DNA of 64,000 nt from a virus, in IMG/VR virus record IMGVR_UViG_3300049255_000405. One strand, written 5' to 3'. The notes under the pieces were generated by a model. It ran no database searches. It saw nothing but the letters and a program-made list of their open reading frames with translations, and had not been told where the DNA came from. Numbering within the stretch: position 1 is the stretch's first letter; each line of letters begins with the position of its first letter. The position numbers were made by a program, and so were the translations under genes. Below, in pieces: positions 9,361 through 17,873 of this stretch.

Positions 9361-9831
9361 ATGGCAAACGAGATTGACGGTCTCCACCTTGTCGTAGACG
9401 GACTGGTGGAGTCACCCAAGAAGGTCTTCAGCGAGAAGAACCTCCGGGCGCTGCTTCTTCAACTGGTCAAAGACCTCAAGATGCAGCTCATCTTCGGTCC
9501 CGTCTTTCACGAGGTCGAGATCGAACCGTCTCGGCTGACCGGCGACGTGTTCCAGGACGAGGGCGGTATCTCGGGATTCTGCATGATCGGGACGAGCCAC
9601 ATCTCGATTCACGTGTGGCCGCTCCGAAAGCACTTCTCGATGGACGTGTTCTCCTGCAAGCAGTTCGACAGGGAGCTTGCCCGAGAGACCATCGAAAAGA
9701 TGCTCGACCCCACCCAGGCTTCCTACGTCGCTGTTCAGAGGCGGCAGGGTGGGTTTGTGACCGAGCAGGAGCCCGAATCGGCTACGTACGCCCGTCCGGT
9801 GCACGAGCAATCCGTCGCTGCGGCCCCGTGA
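9361..9831 (+). CDS. speH: S-adenosylmethionine decarboxylase proenzyme, small pyruvoyl-dependent SpeH/SpeD type
   Basis: GLHLVVDG...GISGFCMIGTSHISIHVWP...MDVFSCKQFD aligns with SpeH (GRHLV...[20 protein letters not shown]...IDLFTCG). Confidence 0.8.
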   Translation: MANEIDGLHLVVDGLVESPKKVFSEKNLRALLLQLVKDLKMQLIFGPVFHEVEIEPSRLTGDVFQDEGGISGFCMIGTSHISIHVWPLRKHFSMDVFSCKQFDRELARETIEKMLDPTQASYVAVQRRQGGFVTEQEPESATYARPVHEQSVAAAP

Positions 9832-9868
9832 GCACGTAAATGTTTACCGGGCGACTGTATAGATTTCT

Positions 9869-10207
9869 ATGAGTAGCGGCATCACAGAAATCGGACGTTG
9901 CATCGGTTGCGACCAAGGGCCAAGACGGCTGGATCGTGGCGTCTGCCACGATTGCCTGTCACATCCCAAGCGGGGTCGGAGGTGGGCCGAGCACGCCAAG
10001 CGATGCCGCACCGAGCCCGAGTTCGCGCTGCGCACATGGAACGAAATCGGCGGCTTGAAGCCCGAGAAGGCGCTCGCCGGCAAGCTTCTGTTCATTCGAA
10101 TGTTCGGAGTCCCCAAGGGTGCCGAGGTTCCGCCCGAGCTGCAACGGTTCGTCGAAGACCGCACGGAAGAGCCGGAAGACCCACGACCTCTTCGTCTGGT
10201 GCGGTAG
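9869..10207 (+). CDS. Small CxxC...CxxC zinc-finger protein, hypothetical
   Basis: CIGCDQG...CHDC motif; ATG start. Confidence 0.5.
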   Translation: MSSGITEIGRCIGCDQGPRRLDRGVCHDCLSHPKRGRRWAEHAKRCRTEPEFALRTWNEIGGLKPEKALAGKLLFIRMFGVPKGAEVPPELQRFVEDRTEEPEDPRPLRLVR

Positions 10208-10216
10208 CGTCGGAGG

Positions 10217-10492
10217 GTGCGACCGGCAACCGGTCTTTGGATGTTGCTCTGGACGAGCGGGTTTGGTCTGCTCGTCCACGTCGCGCACCACGGACCACGG
10301 CCTGAGGCAATCGCGTTCGTCGTGTCCCAGGCCATATGCTTCCTGGCCTTGTGTTTCGAAGCCGGATATCACGAAGCCGGACGAGCGCGGCCAAAATTCG
10401 CTGTCCTGCTGAGGATAGCAGCCGTGATGGCCATCTCCGTGCACGCAATTATCGCAGTCGGCCCAGCTCTGCTGCCACAGCCCGCACCGTGA
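10217..10492 (+). CDS. Small three-TM membrane protein, hypothetical
   Basis: Hydrophobic helices; start uncertain (GTG 10217 or ATG 10240). Confidence 0.3.
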   Translation: MRPATGLWMLLWTSGFGLLVHVAHHGPRPEAIAFVVSQAICFLALCFEAGYHEAGRARPKFAVLLRIAAVMAISVHAIIAVGPALLPQPAP

Positions 10493-10928
10493 CCTCGAGA
10501 GGTTCCTGCGGGGACTTGCGAGCCTTCGTGAGCGCCGACTGCAGGTCCGAGATGCGAATACCGATGAGGTGCGCGCCGGCGTGCATCGCCGACACGAGAC
10601 GCATCGCCGACATTGACGCGGGCCTGTTCGCAAGGCTCTGGATGGCCTTGGTCGCCCTCGTGACCCTCCACTCGGCCTCTTCGCCGCGGGCCAGGACTGT
10701 GCACGACCCGTCCATCTCGATTCCCAGCCAAGACCCGTCCGGGACTTCCACCGGGTCTTTGAGCTGGACCCGGTGGAAGCTCGGCTTGTCCCGATTCTCG
10801 TACTCGGAGAGGAAGACGAGCCCGCCTTCCGTGGCCAAGCCGACCGGAATGCAGGGCGCCCAGTGCTCCGGCATTGGAGAGAATCCGGACGTCGGGGGTG
10901 GAGAGACGCAGTAGCCGACGACCTTCAT
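10449..10928 (-). CDS. Hypothetical protein (160 aa)
   Basis: ATGA overlap with the upstream - strand gene; the rest of the 331 aa track ORF looks like a high-GC artefact. Confidence 0.45.
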   Translation of the reverse strand: MKVVGYCVSPPPTSGFSPMPEHWAPCIPVGLATEGGLVFLSEYENRDKPSFHRVQLKDPVEVPDGSWLGIEMDGSCTVLARGEEAEWRVTRATKAIQSLANRPASMSAMRLVSAMHAGAHLIGIRISDLQSALTKARKSPQEPLEVTVRAVAAELGRLR

Positions 10929-11302
10929 CCGTGCGCCTTCATCACCGCCAACACTACGCACCAAATGATGACGGCGAGGATGGTCACGAAGGTCAGGATC
11001 CCGCACCACATAGCGAGAGAGCACGTCAGCATGAAGAACCGCCACAGCAGCGATTCCTTGCTCGGCTGAGGCTCGGGCTCGTCCGACAGTGCGTCGACCA
11101 GGCCCTCGACGTCGATGTTCAGGACGTTGTTCTGCACCATGCCGCAGTTGTCGCTGAAGATGGGCGACATCACCTTCACCCGGCCGGAATCGACCGTCTG
11201 GCCGCAGTGCAGGCATCTGGGCGACGCCATCGGGCTCGGCAGACCGCACGTGCGGCACCAGCGGCGAAGTCCAGCAGTCGGGGGGAGTTGAATCGCTTGC
11301 AT
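10925..11302 (-). CDS. Zinc-ribbon protein with C-terminal transmembrane anchor
   Basis: CRTCG...CLHCG then LLWRFFMLTCSLAMWCGILTFVTILAVIIWCVVLAV; AGGA upstream of the ATG. Confidence 0.5.
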   Translation of the reverse strand: MQAIQLPPTAGLRRWCRTCGLPSPMASPRCLHCGQTVDSGRVKVMSPIFSDNCGMVQNNVLNIDVEGLVDALSDEPEPQPSKESLLWRFFMLTCSLAMWCGILTFVTILAVIIWCVVLAVMKAHG

Positions 11303-11331
11303 AGCTTGTCCTACCATCCTGACTTATGAAC

Positions 11332-11946
11332 TTACGCCGCCAGTGCGCGCAGGCCCTCACGCAGCAGCGAGTGAAGGTCCTCGGACCGCGTACGGTCGCC
11401 CAGCTCCGCAACGAACTTGCGGACCTCGGTCTTCTTGAAGCCAAGTCCCACGAGGGCTGAGGTCAGCTTGTCGGACTGATCCTCGCCGTCGACCTGCGGC
11501 AGGACCGGGGACTCGACGGCAACCGTGGTCTCCGGCTGCATGCCGGCGAACACGTCGTGCGGGGCCGTCTGCACGGCGCGCAGCTTGAGCAGCGCCACCT
11601 GGCGATCCTCGGGTGACAGTGCGTTCTTGAAGCATTCGGCCGCGACTCCGTGCAGCCGGTCGACGTCGGCGATGTCGATCATGAAGTCCACGAACGGGAC
11701 CTCCTGAGTCCGATCCGAACGGGTCCCGACATTGCGGTAATCGCGGACCACCTGCAGAAGCTCGCAGTTGTCCGAGACTCGGCCCTGCTCCACGAGCAGG
11801 TGCTCGATGCACAGCACCGCCCACGGGTTGGTGGCCTCGACTGACAGGAGCCCCTCGCCGAGCGCGAACAGGAACAGTGCCCTCTGCGTCCCGAACGACG
11901 GGTGGCCCTGCGGGAGAATCTGCTCGAACGCTTCCTGGAGTTCCAT
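11332..11946 (-). CDS. Hypothetical protein with RuvA domain III-like (UBA-like) C-terminus
   Basis: C-terminal LTSALVGLGFKKTEVRKFVAELG...LLREGLRALA resembles RuvA domain III (ALVALGYK..EA...V..I.....LIREAL); N-terminus is not RuvA-like. Confidence 0.5.
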   Translation of the reverse strand: MELQEAFEQILPQGHPSFGTQRALFLFALGEGLLSVEATNPWAVLCIEHLLVEQGRVSDNCELLQVVRDYRNVGTRSDRTQEVPFVDFMIDIADVDRLHGVAAECFKNALSPEDRQVALLKLRAVQTAPHDVFAGMQPETTVAVESPVLPQVDGEDQSDKLTSALVGLGFKKTEVRKFVAELGDRTRSEDLHSLLREGLRALAA

Positions 11947-11954
11947 AACCCCGG

Positions 11955-12281
11955 CTACGCGCCGGGATTACGAACTTTCGGCTTACCCACCCGAGGGTCG
12001 TGGGCATGGATGTCGTCACGCATCTGACGCAGACCGTCGAGCATGGCGATATAGTTCCGGTGTTCGTACTTCTCCTCGTCGCCCATCTCCGACGAGATAC
12101 ATTCCATGTCCCGGACCATGTTCTGGACGGCCTCGAACGGATGGCTCCGAGGGTCCAAACAGAGCTGCTCCATCATCCGTTCGGCCGGCATCCGGGACGC
12201 CGCGACCAAACGTGCACGACCTTCAGGACTGCTCAGGTATTTCGTGAAGAGCTGCTCTTGAAGAGCGGTCCGAACGGGCAT
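11955..12281 (-). CDS. Hypothetical protein
   Basis: Track ORF, co-oriented with neighbouring - strand genes. Confidence 0.45.
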   Translation of the reverse strand: MPVRTALQEQLFTKYLSSPEGRARLVAASRMPAERMMEQLCLDPRSHPFEAVQNMVRDMECISSEMGDEEKYEHRNYIAMLDGLRQMRDDIHAHDPRVGKPKVRNPGA

Positions 12282-12296
12282 ACCCCAACAGTACGC

Positions 12297-12644
12297 TCAG
12301 ATGTCGATGCTGGCCAGTTCCTTGATCTGCTCGGAAAGCCCAGCCTTGAGCTTCTGCAAATTGGCCACGGAATGCTCGAGAGCGGCCTTCGCCTCGCTCT
12401 GCGGATTGAGCGACTTGGCGGCCTTGGTGAGCTTCTCGACGAGAGCGTCCAAGCCGTGCGTCGCTTGAGCGACGTCCGAGTCGACGAACTTCGTGACACG
12501 GCCCGCCTGCATCTCTCGCATCGCCCGCTGCAGCCCCGCTACGATCGCCCGGCGACTGGGGGAGGGGGTTTCCTCGATGTACGCGGCGACCGACTGGAGG
12601 TATTTGGTCAGTTGCTGGGGGCCCATGCTACCTTGGACAGCCAA
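12297..12644 (-). CDS. Hypothetical alpha-helical protein
   Basis: Track ORF. Confidence 0.45.
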   Translation of the reverse strand: MAVQGSMGPQQLTKYLQSVAAYIEETPSPSRRAIVAGLQRAMREMQAGRVTKFVDSDVAQATHGLDALVEKLTKAAKSLNPQSEAKAALEHSVANLQKLKAGLSEQIKELASIDI

Positions 12645-12672
12645 TCAAACTTCTATTCTGTACTGGTAGTAG

Positions 12673-13374
12673 ATGCGCATCCTGATTACTGGGTTCGACC
12701 CGCAGTGGGGCATCAAGAAGACCCCTTCCGGGGAAGTGGCCAAGTTGTGGGCCTCGGGCGATATTCAGGTGCCCGGAATCGAGACGCATGCCATTGTGCT
12801 GCCGCAGATCTTCGGCAAGAGCGCCGAGATCGCCTGCGCCGAGATCCAGACGTTCGACCCGCAGGCGGTACTGATGTTCGGCGCCACAATGCACAACGAC
12901 CCCGTGCGCCTCGAGCGCTTCGCTATCAATTGCGAAGCGTCAGTGATGGGTGACAACACTCGCATTCCAGTCGTGCCCGACCGCAACATCGTCCAGGGCG
13001 GACCTGCCGCCTACGAGTCCACTCTGCCCGTGTACTGGCTGATGGACCACCTCAACGCCCAGGGCATCGACTGCAAGGTCTCGTATCACGCCGGGACGCA
13101 CACGTGCAACTCTCTCATGTACAACGTGCTGCACTTCCTGGCAAGCAAGCCGCACCCGATGCCTGTCATCGCGGGCTTCATTCACGTACCGTTTCCTAAC
13201 GAATTCGGGGTGATTGAAGACTCGCTATGGACGACGGCAACGTTCGAGGGGATAGTGCAAGCCTCAGTTGGCTTGGTGCAGAAGGTACGGGACTGGTACC
13301 AAGACAAGTACGGACCCGTGCCGATCAACACTTCTGCTCCATCGAATACTTCGACCACGAAGGCGAAAAAGTAA
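12673..13374 (+). CDS. pcp: Pyroglutamyl-peptidase I (pyrrolidone-carboxylate peptidase, C15)
   Basis: MRILITGFDP...QGGPAAYEST...VSYHAGTHTCNSLMY...GFIHVPF aligns along the whole Pcp length with the Glu/Cys/His triad. Confidence 0.9.
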   Translation: MRILITGFDPQWGIKKTPSGEVAKLWASGDIQVPGIETHAIVLPQIFGKSAEIACAEIQTFDPQAVLMFGATMHNDPVRLERFAINCEASVMGDNTRIPVVPDRNIVQGGPAAYESTLPVYWLMDHLNAQGIDCKVSYHAGTHTCNSLMYNVLHFLASKPHPMPVIAGFIHVPFPNEFGVIEDSLWTTATFEGIVQASVGLVQKVRDWYQDKYGPVPINTSAPSNTSTTKAKK

Positions 13375-13489
13375 TTCGGCACGCCTTTTTGAGCGTCGAA
13401 GAGCAGAAATTCCTCATCGAGGAGTGCGCCCGCCGCGGCCTCGAGGCCAAGGTCCACGACCTTCATCCTCCGGCTGTAAGCTCGGACCA

Positions 13490-14113
13490 ATGAAGGAGCC
13501 GAGAGACTGGACCAACGTCATCGACGCTATCTCCGGAGACGTGCGTCGGTTGAGCTACGTCGTGCGCTACAGTAGCATTCCGATAAGCGTTCCGGAGAAC
13601 GTCGCCGAGCACTCGTACTGGGTGGCTCTCTTCGCGGCCGTCATACACAAGACGCTGCATCCCGGAGACTACGAAGGCGTTGGGCCTGTAGTCTTGGGCG
13701 CCATTCTGCACGACACGGCCGAATGCGTGACCGGCGATCTGGTGCGCACATTCAAATACTCTTCCGACAAGCTCCGTCAGGCCATCGACGAGGCCGAGCA
13801 GGTGGCGGTGGCCAAGTTCCCGTCGCCCATCTTGAACGTGTACGATTTGCAGCAGCAGATTCAGTTCAAGAAGAAGGACTACGTCAAGCAGGTCGTCAAA
13901 GCGGCCGACTTCATGAGCCTCATGCAGTACATGGTCCGAGAAGTCCGTCGCGGCAATCGCGAGATCATCAATCCGTTCTACCTCCGCATGGAGGAGGACC
14001 TGAGCCAAATGCGCCGCATCTTGGCCGAGCAGCAGGACACGGAGTGGGGACAGCTCGAGAGCTTGTACCGTGACATGAACAATCACGCCAGAGCGGCTAG
14101 GATGGGCGGATGA
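13490..14113 (+). CDS. HD-domain phosphohydrolase, YfbR-like 5'-deoxynucleotidase
   Basis: VAEHSYWVALFA...ILHDTAECVTGDL motif; internal ATG 13490 of track ORF 13268..14113. Confidence 0.8.
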   Translation: MKEPRDWTNVIDAISGDVRRLSYVVRYSSIPISVPENVAEHSYWVALFAAVIHKTLHPGDYEGVGPVVLGAILHDTAECVTGDLVRTFKYSSDKLRQAIDEAEQVAVAKFPSPILNVYDLQQQIQFKKKDYVKQVVKAADFMSLMQYMVREVRRGNREIINPFYLRMEEDLSQMRRILAEQQDTEWGQLESLYRDMNNHARAARMGG

Positions 14114-14643
14114 ACGGGAACATCGAGACCAAGAGCGAGATCCGCGCCAGAATAGACGAGCTGCAAAAGCTCCGCGAGATGTTCTGGAGCAGCAAGACTG
14201 CTATCCTTGTCGAGGACCAGATCGACAAGCGCCTGCAGGAGCTGCACCGTGATCTCTCCTCGGCCGAAGAAGACCTTTCGTCCTCCATCATCCGTTCCCA
14301 CAAGGCCATCTGCAAGGCCAAGCAGATGGACGAGAAAGCGGCGTACGGCAACGATCCCGCGGTCTATTACACCCTCGGCATCTGCGGCGAAGCCGGAGAG
14401 ATGGCCAATGCCATCGTCAAGGCGCAGCGCAACGGCGCAGACCAAGCGAAGGTGCTCGAGGCCATAAAGGGAGAGCTGCCCGATGTGGTCATTTATTCGT
14501 ACGTTCTTGCGTACGTTCTGGACATCGATCTTTCGAAGCTTGTCAACGAGAAGGTCGAAGTCGTCATCGACCGAGCTAACAAGGGTTACTATGGACGCCC
14601 CCTATCGCACCCCAGCGGAAGTTCCGGAACAACCGGCACCTAA
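14110..14643 (+). CDS. mazG: MazG-like nucleoside triphosphate pyrophosphohydrolase
   Basis: ATGA overlap with the HD gene; LGICGEAGEMANAIVK EExxE core typical of MazG family. Confidence 0.75.
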   Translation: MNGNIETKSEIRARIDELQKLREMFWSSKTAILVEDQIDKRLQELHRDLSSAEEDLSSSIIRSHKAICKAKQMDEKAAYGNDPAVYYTLGICGEAGEMANAIVKAQRNGADQAKVLEAIKGELPDVVIYSYVLAYVLDIDLSKLVNEKVEVVIDRANKGYYGRPLSHPSGSSGTTGT

Positions 14644-14914
14644 GCCGGAGCCGTCTCCCAAGACGGGTCACCTTTGGGACAAGGTCGGCGAGTCCGAAGT
14701 GCGGACGCACGACGCGGCCACCGGAATATGGACAAAGAAAACGCAGAGTCTTTGGGTCTGCGAGAAGTGCGGAGCCGAGACCATGATCGACGGTTCTGAT
14801 CACCCGGACTCCAAAGACGTCCTCTATGCGATGGAGCCTCTCGAGCTGGACGGGACGATCATCGCGGATCCAGAAATTCCGCACTGCGACGTCGTCCAGG
14901 CCAAGAAGAGCTAG
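14591..14914 (+). CDS. Hypothetical zinc-ribbon protein (CEKCG...HC)
   Basis: Internal ATG of track ORF 14483..14914; overlaps the MazG 3' end. Confidence 0.4.
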   Translation: MDAPYRTPAEVPEQPAPKPEPSPKTGHLWDKVGESEVRTHDAATGIWTKKTQSLWVCEKCGAETMIDGSDHPDSKDVLYAMEPLELDGTIIADPEIPHCDVVQAKKS

Positions 14915-15162
14915 CTCTCGTGGATGTAGCGGGCGACGACGTCGATACACTGGGCGTCGCGTTCTTCGGGACCGCCAACGCTGCACGAGATCTTGCAGAC
15001 CGTGCAGTAGTACCAGGGACCTCCCCAGCCTCACTCCTTGTGCTGGTAAGCTCCCTTCGGTAGGGCCGCGTTGAACTTCGGGGGCTCAGGCTGCGAATAA
15101 TTTGCGCGTCCAGTGATGACCGCCGGCCGGGAAGGGCACGCGTATCTTGCGCACCCGGGATC

Positions 15163-15669
15163 CTACTGCCCGCGCGGTCTGCCCGTGATGCTCCCGTCGA
15201 GGTTCCCGAAGAACTGCTTGTAGACGGGCAGCGTATTGCCGTTGATGCGACGAGTGGCCACCGCGTCCGAATCGAGCGGGTCCTGGATGAGCGACGACTG
15301 GTTGGCGAGCGCCACGAGATCCACGTCGTTCGTGATGCGCAGAAGGTCTTTCTTGGCGTCCGGGTTGCGGACGAGAACCGTGTAGACCTCTCCGAACGTC
15401 AGCTCGTCGAGGATGCAGCGACCGACTCCCTGCGTGAATCCTGGCGGAGGCGGAGTGAACCAGACGTTGGGTGTCTGGATGTCGCCCGAACACGTCGTGC
15501 AGCAGTTCTTGTCCGGGTTGACCATGTTGTGCATCTGCAGGCGACCCTGGCCACAGATGCACGGACGACGCTGGCAGGCGCAAGGAGGCGCCGGCGGACA
15601 GGGCGGGAGGCGGTTTCCGACGACCGGACCGAAGCACCGACAGGGGTTGCAGTTGCACGAGCAAGTCAT
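15163..15669 (-). CDS. Cys-rich protein with metallothionein-like N-terminus, translationally coupled to the CN-hydrolase
   Basis: ATGA overlap with the nitrilase stop; MTCSCNCNPCRCFGP...PPCPPAPPCACQRRPCICGQG...NCCTTCSG. Confidence 0.55.
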   Translation of the reverse strand: MTCSCNCNPCRCFGPVVGNRLPPCPPAPPCACQRRPCICGQGRLQMHNMVNPDKNCCTTCSGDIQTPNVWFTPPPPGFTQGVGRCILDELTFGEVYTVLVRNPDAKKDLLRITNDVDLVALANQSSLIQDPLDSDAVATRRINGNTLPVYKQFFGNLDGSITGRPRGQ

Positions 15670-16445
15670 TGGGCACCCGTAGTGGCGGTCACGACGCAGT
15701 CTTTGCTGAACTCCACGCCGCCGGTGTGGCACGTCCAGTCAGGTTCGATGATGATGGATCCGCCCTGACCGAATTCACCCTTGAAGCCGTGCGAGCCAAG
15801 CTCTTCCCCCCACCGGTTGGCGATGATGAGGGTGCACTTCTCGTCGGTGGCAAAGTCCATCCACGACGTCGACGGGTAGCCTCCCTTGCCCCAGTTCACG
15901 CTCGCGGCTACGAGGTCGAGCTTCTGGCCGCTGAATAGTGGAATGCTCTTCGCGGCCACGCGAGGAATGTTCTGCGGGATCTTGTTACGCAGATCCCGGC
16001 ACACGACGATAGAAGTCGATCCGAAATCGGTCTCGACCACAGGAGCGCTCGCGATACCCGGCGTGGCCCACAGAAAGTCGTTGCCCCAAAGGTTGACTTT
16101 GCGGTAGCTCGTCAGAAGCTTGCCGTCCGGACCAACCAAGGAGGCCGAGTTGTAGAGGTGGGTTCCATCGGTCTCGACGTAGCCCCAAGAGACGTACGCC
16201 TTCAGCTCGAGAGCGACTCCCCGCATGAATCGGAAGGTCGGTCCGTCCGAAGCCTCACAGACCCGGGATGCCTCGTCCTTGTTCAGGAAAGAGTACCCAG
16301 TGAAGCAAAGCTCCGGGAAGGCGATGAACTGCGACCCGAGCTGGGCCGCTTGATGGATGAGAGACTCCACCCGGCGGTAGTTGTTGCCCACCTCGGCCAT
16401 ACTGGCGGCCAAACGCGGGCGGAACTGCACAGCCGACAGAATCAC
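15666..16445 (-). CDS. Carbon-nitrogen hydrolase (nitrilase superfamily) protein
   Basis: AVQF N-terminus; FPELCFTGY (Glu), YRKVNLWG (Lys), VVCRDLR (Cys) catalytic-triad pattern. Confidence 0.8.
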   Translation of the reverse strand: MILSAVQFRPRLAASMAEVGNNYRRVESLIHQAAQLGSQFIAFPELCFTGYSFLNKDEASRVCEASDGPTFRFMRGVALELKAYVSWGYVETDGTHLYNSASLVGPDGKLLTSYRKVNLWGNDFLWATPGIASAPVVETDFGSTSIVVCRDLRNKIPQNIPRVAAKSIPLFSGQKLDLVAASVNWGKGGYPSTSWMDFATDEKCTLIIANRWGEELGSHGFKGEFGQGGSIIIEPDWTCHTGGVEFSKDCVVTATTGAQ

Positions 16446-16469
16446 AGCTTTCTATTCAGTTCTGAAGAC

Positions 16470-17054
16470 ATGAACTGCTCCTGTGGGAATCCTACTCGAA
16501 GTTATGAGAAAAGTTCGAGATGTGCTGACTGTGAAAATCAAGCACGAAGACAACTCCACTTCAGACAGAGGATGATTTGTCTTTCGCATTACAGTGATGG
16601 AAAGTTTGAATGTGATTGTTGTCAGGAGAACAGAGTGGAATTCCTAGCACTCGATCACATTAACGGGGGAGGCCGTCAAGACAGGAAGAGACAAGGCAAC
16701 GGATATTCCCTTTTCCGCAATCTCATTCGTAGAAGATTCCCATCCGGATTTCGAGTGCTTTGTCACAATTGCAACTTCTCGCATGGAATATTGGGTTATT
16801 GCCCGCATCAGACAGGAACAAAGATCCTTCGAGAAATACCGGCCGCCGCAGCATATCCTCATTACGCTGAGAATGGGCGGAAGTTTCATGGAATTCAGAA
16901 GACCGGTTCCAAACTCACGGATGAAGTTGTTCGAGAGATAAAAGCGAGTTCAGAGACTCATGCCCATCTCTCCAGAAAGTTCGGTGTGAGCGCCATGGCC
17001 ATCCGCAAGATCAGGAATGGCATGTTGTGGGCACACATTACTTCTCGAACTTGA
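16470..17054 (+). CDS. HNH-type endonuclease / zinc-finger protein (possible homing endonuclease)
   Basis: CSCG...CADCEN...CDCC...HINGG...N..LCHNCN; sits in a locally AT-rich island. Confidence 0.55.
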   Translation: MNCSCGNPTRSYEKSSRCADCENQARRQLHFRQRMICLSHYSDGKFECDCCQENRVEFLALDHINGGGRQDRKRQGNGYSLFRNLIRRRFPSGFRVLCHNCNFSHGILGYCPHQTGTKILREIPAAAAYPHYAENGRKFHGIQKTGSKLTDEVVREIKASSETHAHLSRKFGVSAMAIRKIRNGMLWAHITSRT

Positions 17055-17355
17055 TAAAAGGACGCTTTGACGTCTCTTCAGCGGTGTCCATCTCAGCCAT
17101 CTTCTGAGCGAATACCTCGGTCTCGCGCTCAATGGTCTCCAGCGCCTCCTTGACCCGCTTGAATTTCTCAGGGTCCCCACCCCGGTCCGGGTGATGGGCA
17201 GCCAGAAGCCTCTTGGCGGATTTCCTGGCCGCCTCGAGTTCCTGCCGGGCAGCGTCCACCCGCTGGCTCCGAGGCAACCGGGAGAGCTTCGAGACTACTT
17301 CCTGTGCGTCGAACCCGAGGGTCGTCCAGGCGATCCCAACCGACATGGTAGTCAA
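17038..17355 (-). CDS. J-domain-only co-chaperone (DnaJ-like)
   Basis: KRLLAAHHPDRGGDPEKFKRVKEA (HPD motif) in a ~100 aa protein. Confidence 0.65.
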   Translation of the reverse strand: MTTMSVGIAWTTLGFDAQEVVSKLSRLPRSQRVDAARQELEAARKSAKRLLAAHHPDRGGDPEKFKRVKEALETIERETEVFAQKMAEMDTAEETSKRPFIKFEK

Positions 17356-17556
17356 AACAGTCCCCTCACCGACTTGAGACCCTTCGTCCTGGGTTTGATA
17401 ACCCGAGCCTCTGTGAAAGCTATGAGTTCGTCCAAGGTAGGGTCCCTGCCTCGAGCCTTCTTGAATTCGGCCCGAGTTTGGCGCAGCTTGGTGAGGAACT
17501 CGTCGTATTTCATCTAGTTTCAGAATACGCTACAAATTGTCGGAGTAAGGTAAACC

Positions 17557-17808
17557 ATGCGCCCGTATCGGATGCCAGTCAGAGCGCCCAACCGGGTTCT
17601 CCAAGCCGCTCGACCGAATTTCCAGGTACTGTGGAATCTCCTGGTCGGGGTCGCCGAGAAAACCGGCAATGCACGGTTCAAAGCAATTTTGGCCAACCAT
17701 GCCAACCGGCAGGAGTATATCTGCCGGAGACTGGGCGTCATTTGTCAGGCCGACGTCGACCGGTATGCTAAGAAATTTCAGAGGCCAACTGTTGCAACCA
17801 GGGCGTAA
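17557..17808 (+). CDS. Hypothetical small protein
   Basis: Track ORF with weak RBS. Confidence 0.35.
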   Translation: MRPYRMPVRAPNRVLQAARPNFQVLWNLLVGVAEKTGNARFKAILANHANRQEYICRRLGVICQADVDRYAKKFQRPTVATRA

Positions 17809-17873
17809 ATCTCCTTGCCCCTCAGTGTAAGGGGTGTTAGATTGCGCCTATTGGCGTTCCACACGGAGGATTC

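Noticed and set aside
8999-9415. N-terminal extension of the 302 aa - strand ORF
   Set aside because: Low-complexity, and it overlaps the + strand ORF 9038..9331 and an AT-rich promoter-like stretch. Internal starts at 8998/8956 give a compact helical protein.
10929-11444. N-terminal extension of the 331 aa - strand ORF
   Set aside because: It overlaps the better-supported zinc-ribbon/TM gene (10925..11302) in another frame and has an R/P/G-rich composition. An ATGA-coupled internal start at 10928 is preferred.
13227-13493. 88 aa + strand ORF between pcp and the HD gene
   Set aside because: It overlaps the pcp 3' end and has no ATG after the pcp stop. It may be a small alt-start gene, but support is insufficient.
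17191-17517. 108 aa + strand ORF
   Set aside because: Antisense to the J-domain gene, whose HPD motif gives it priority.
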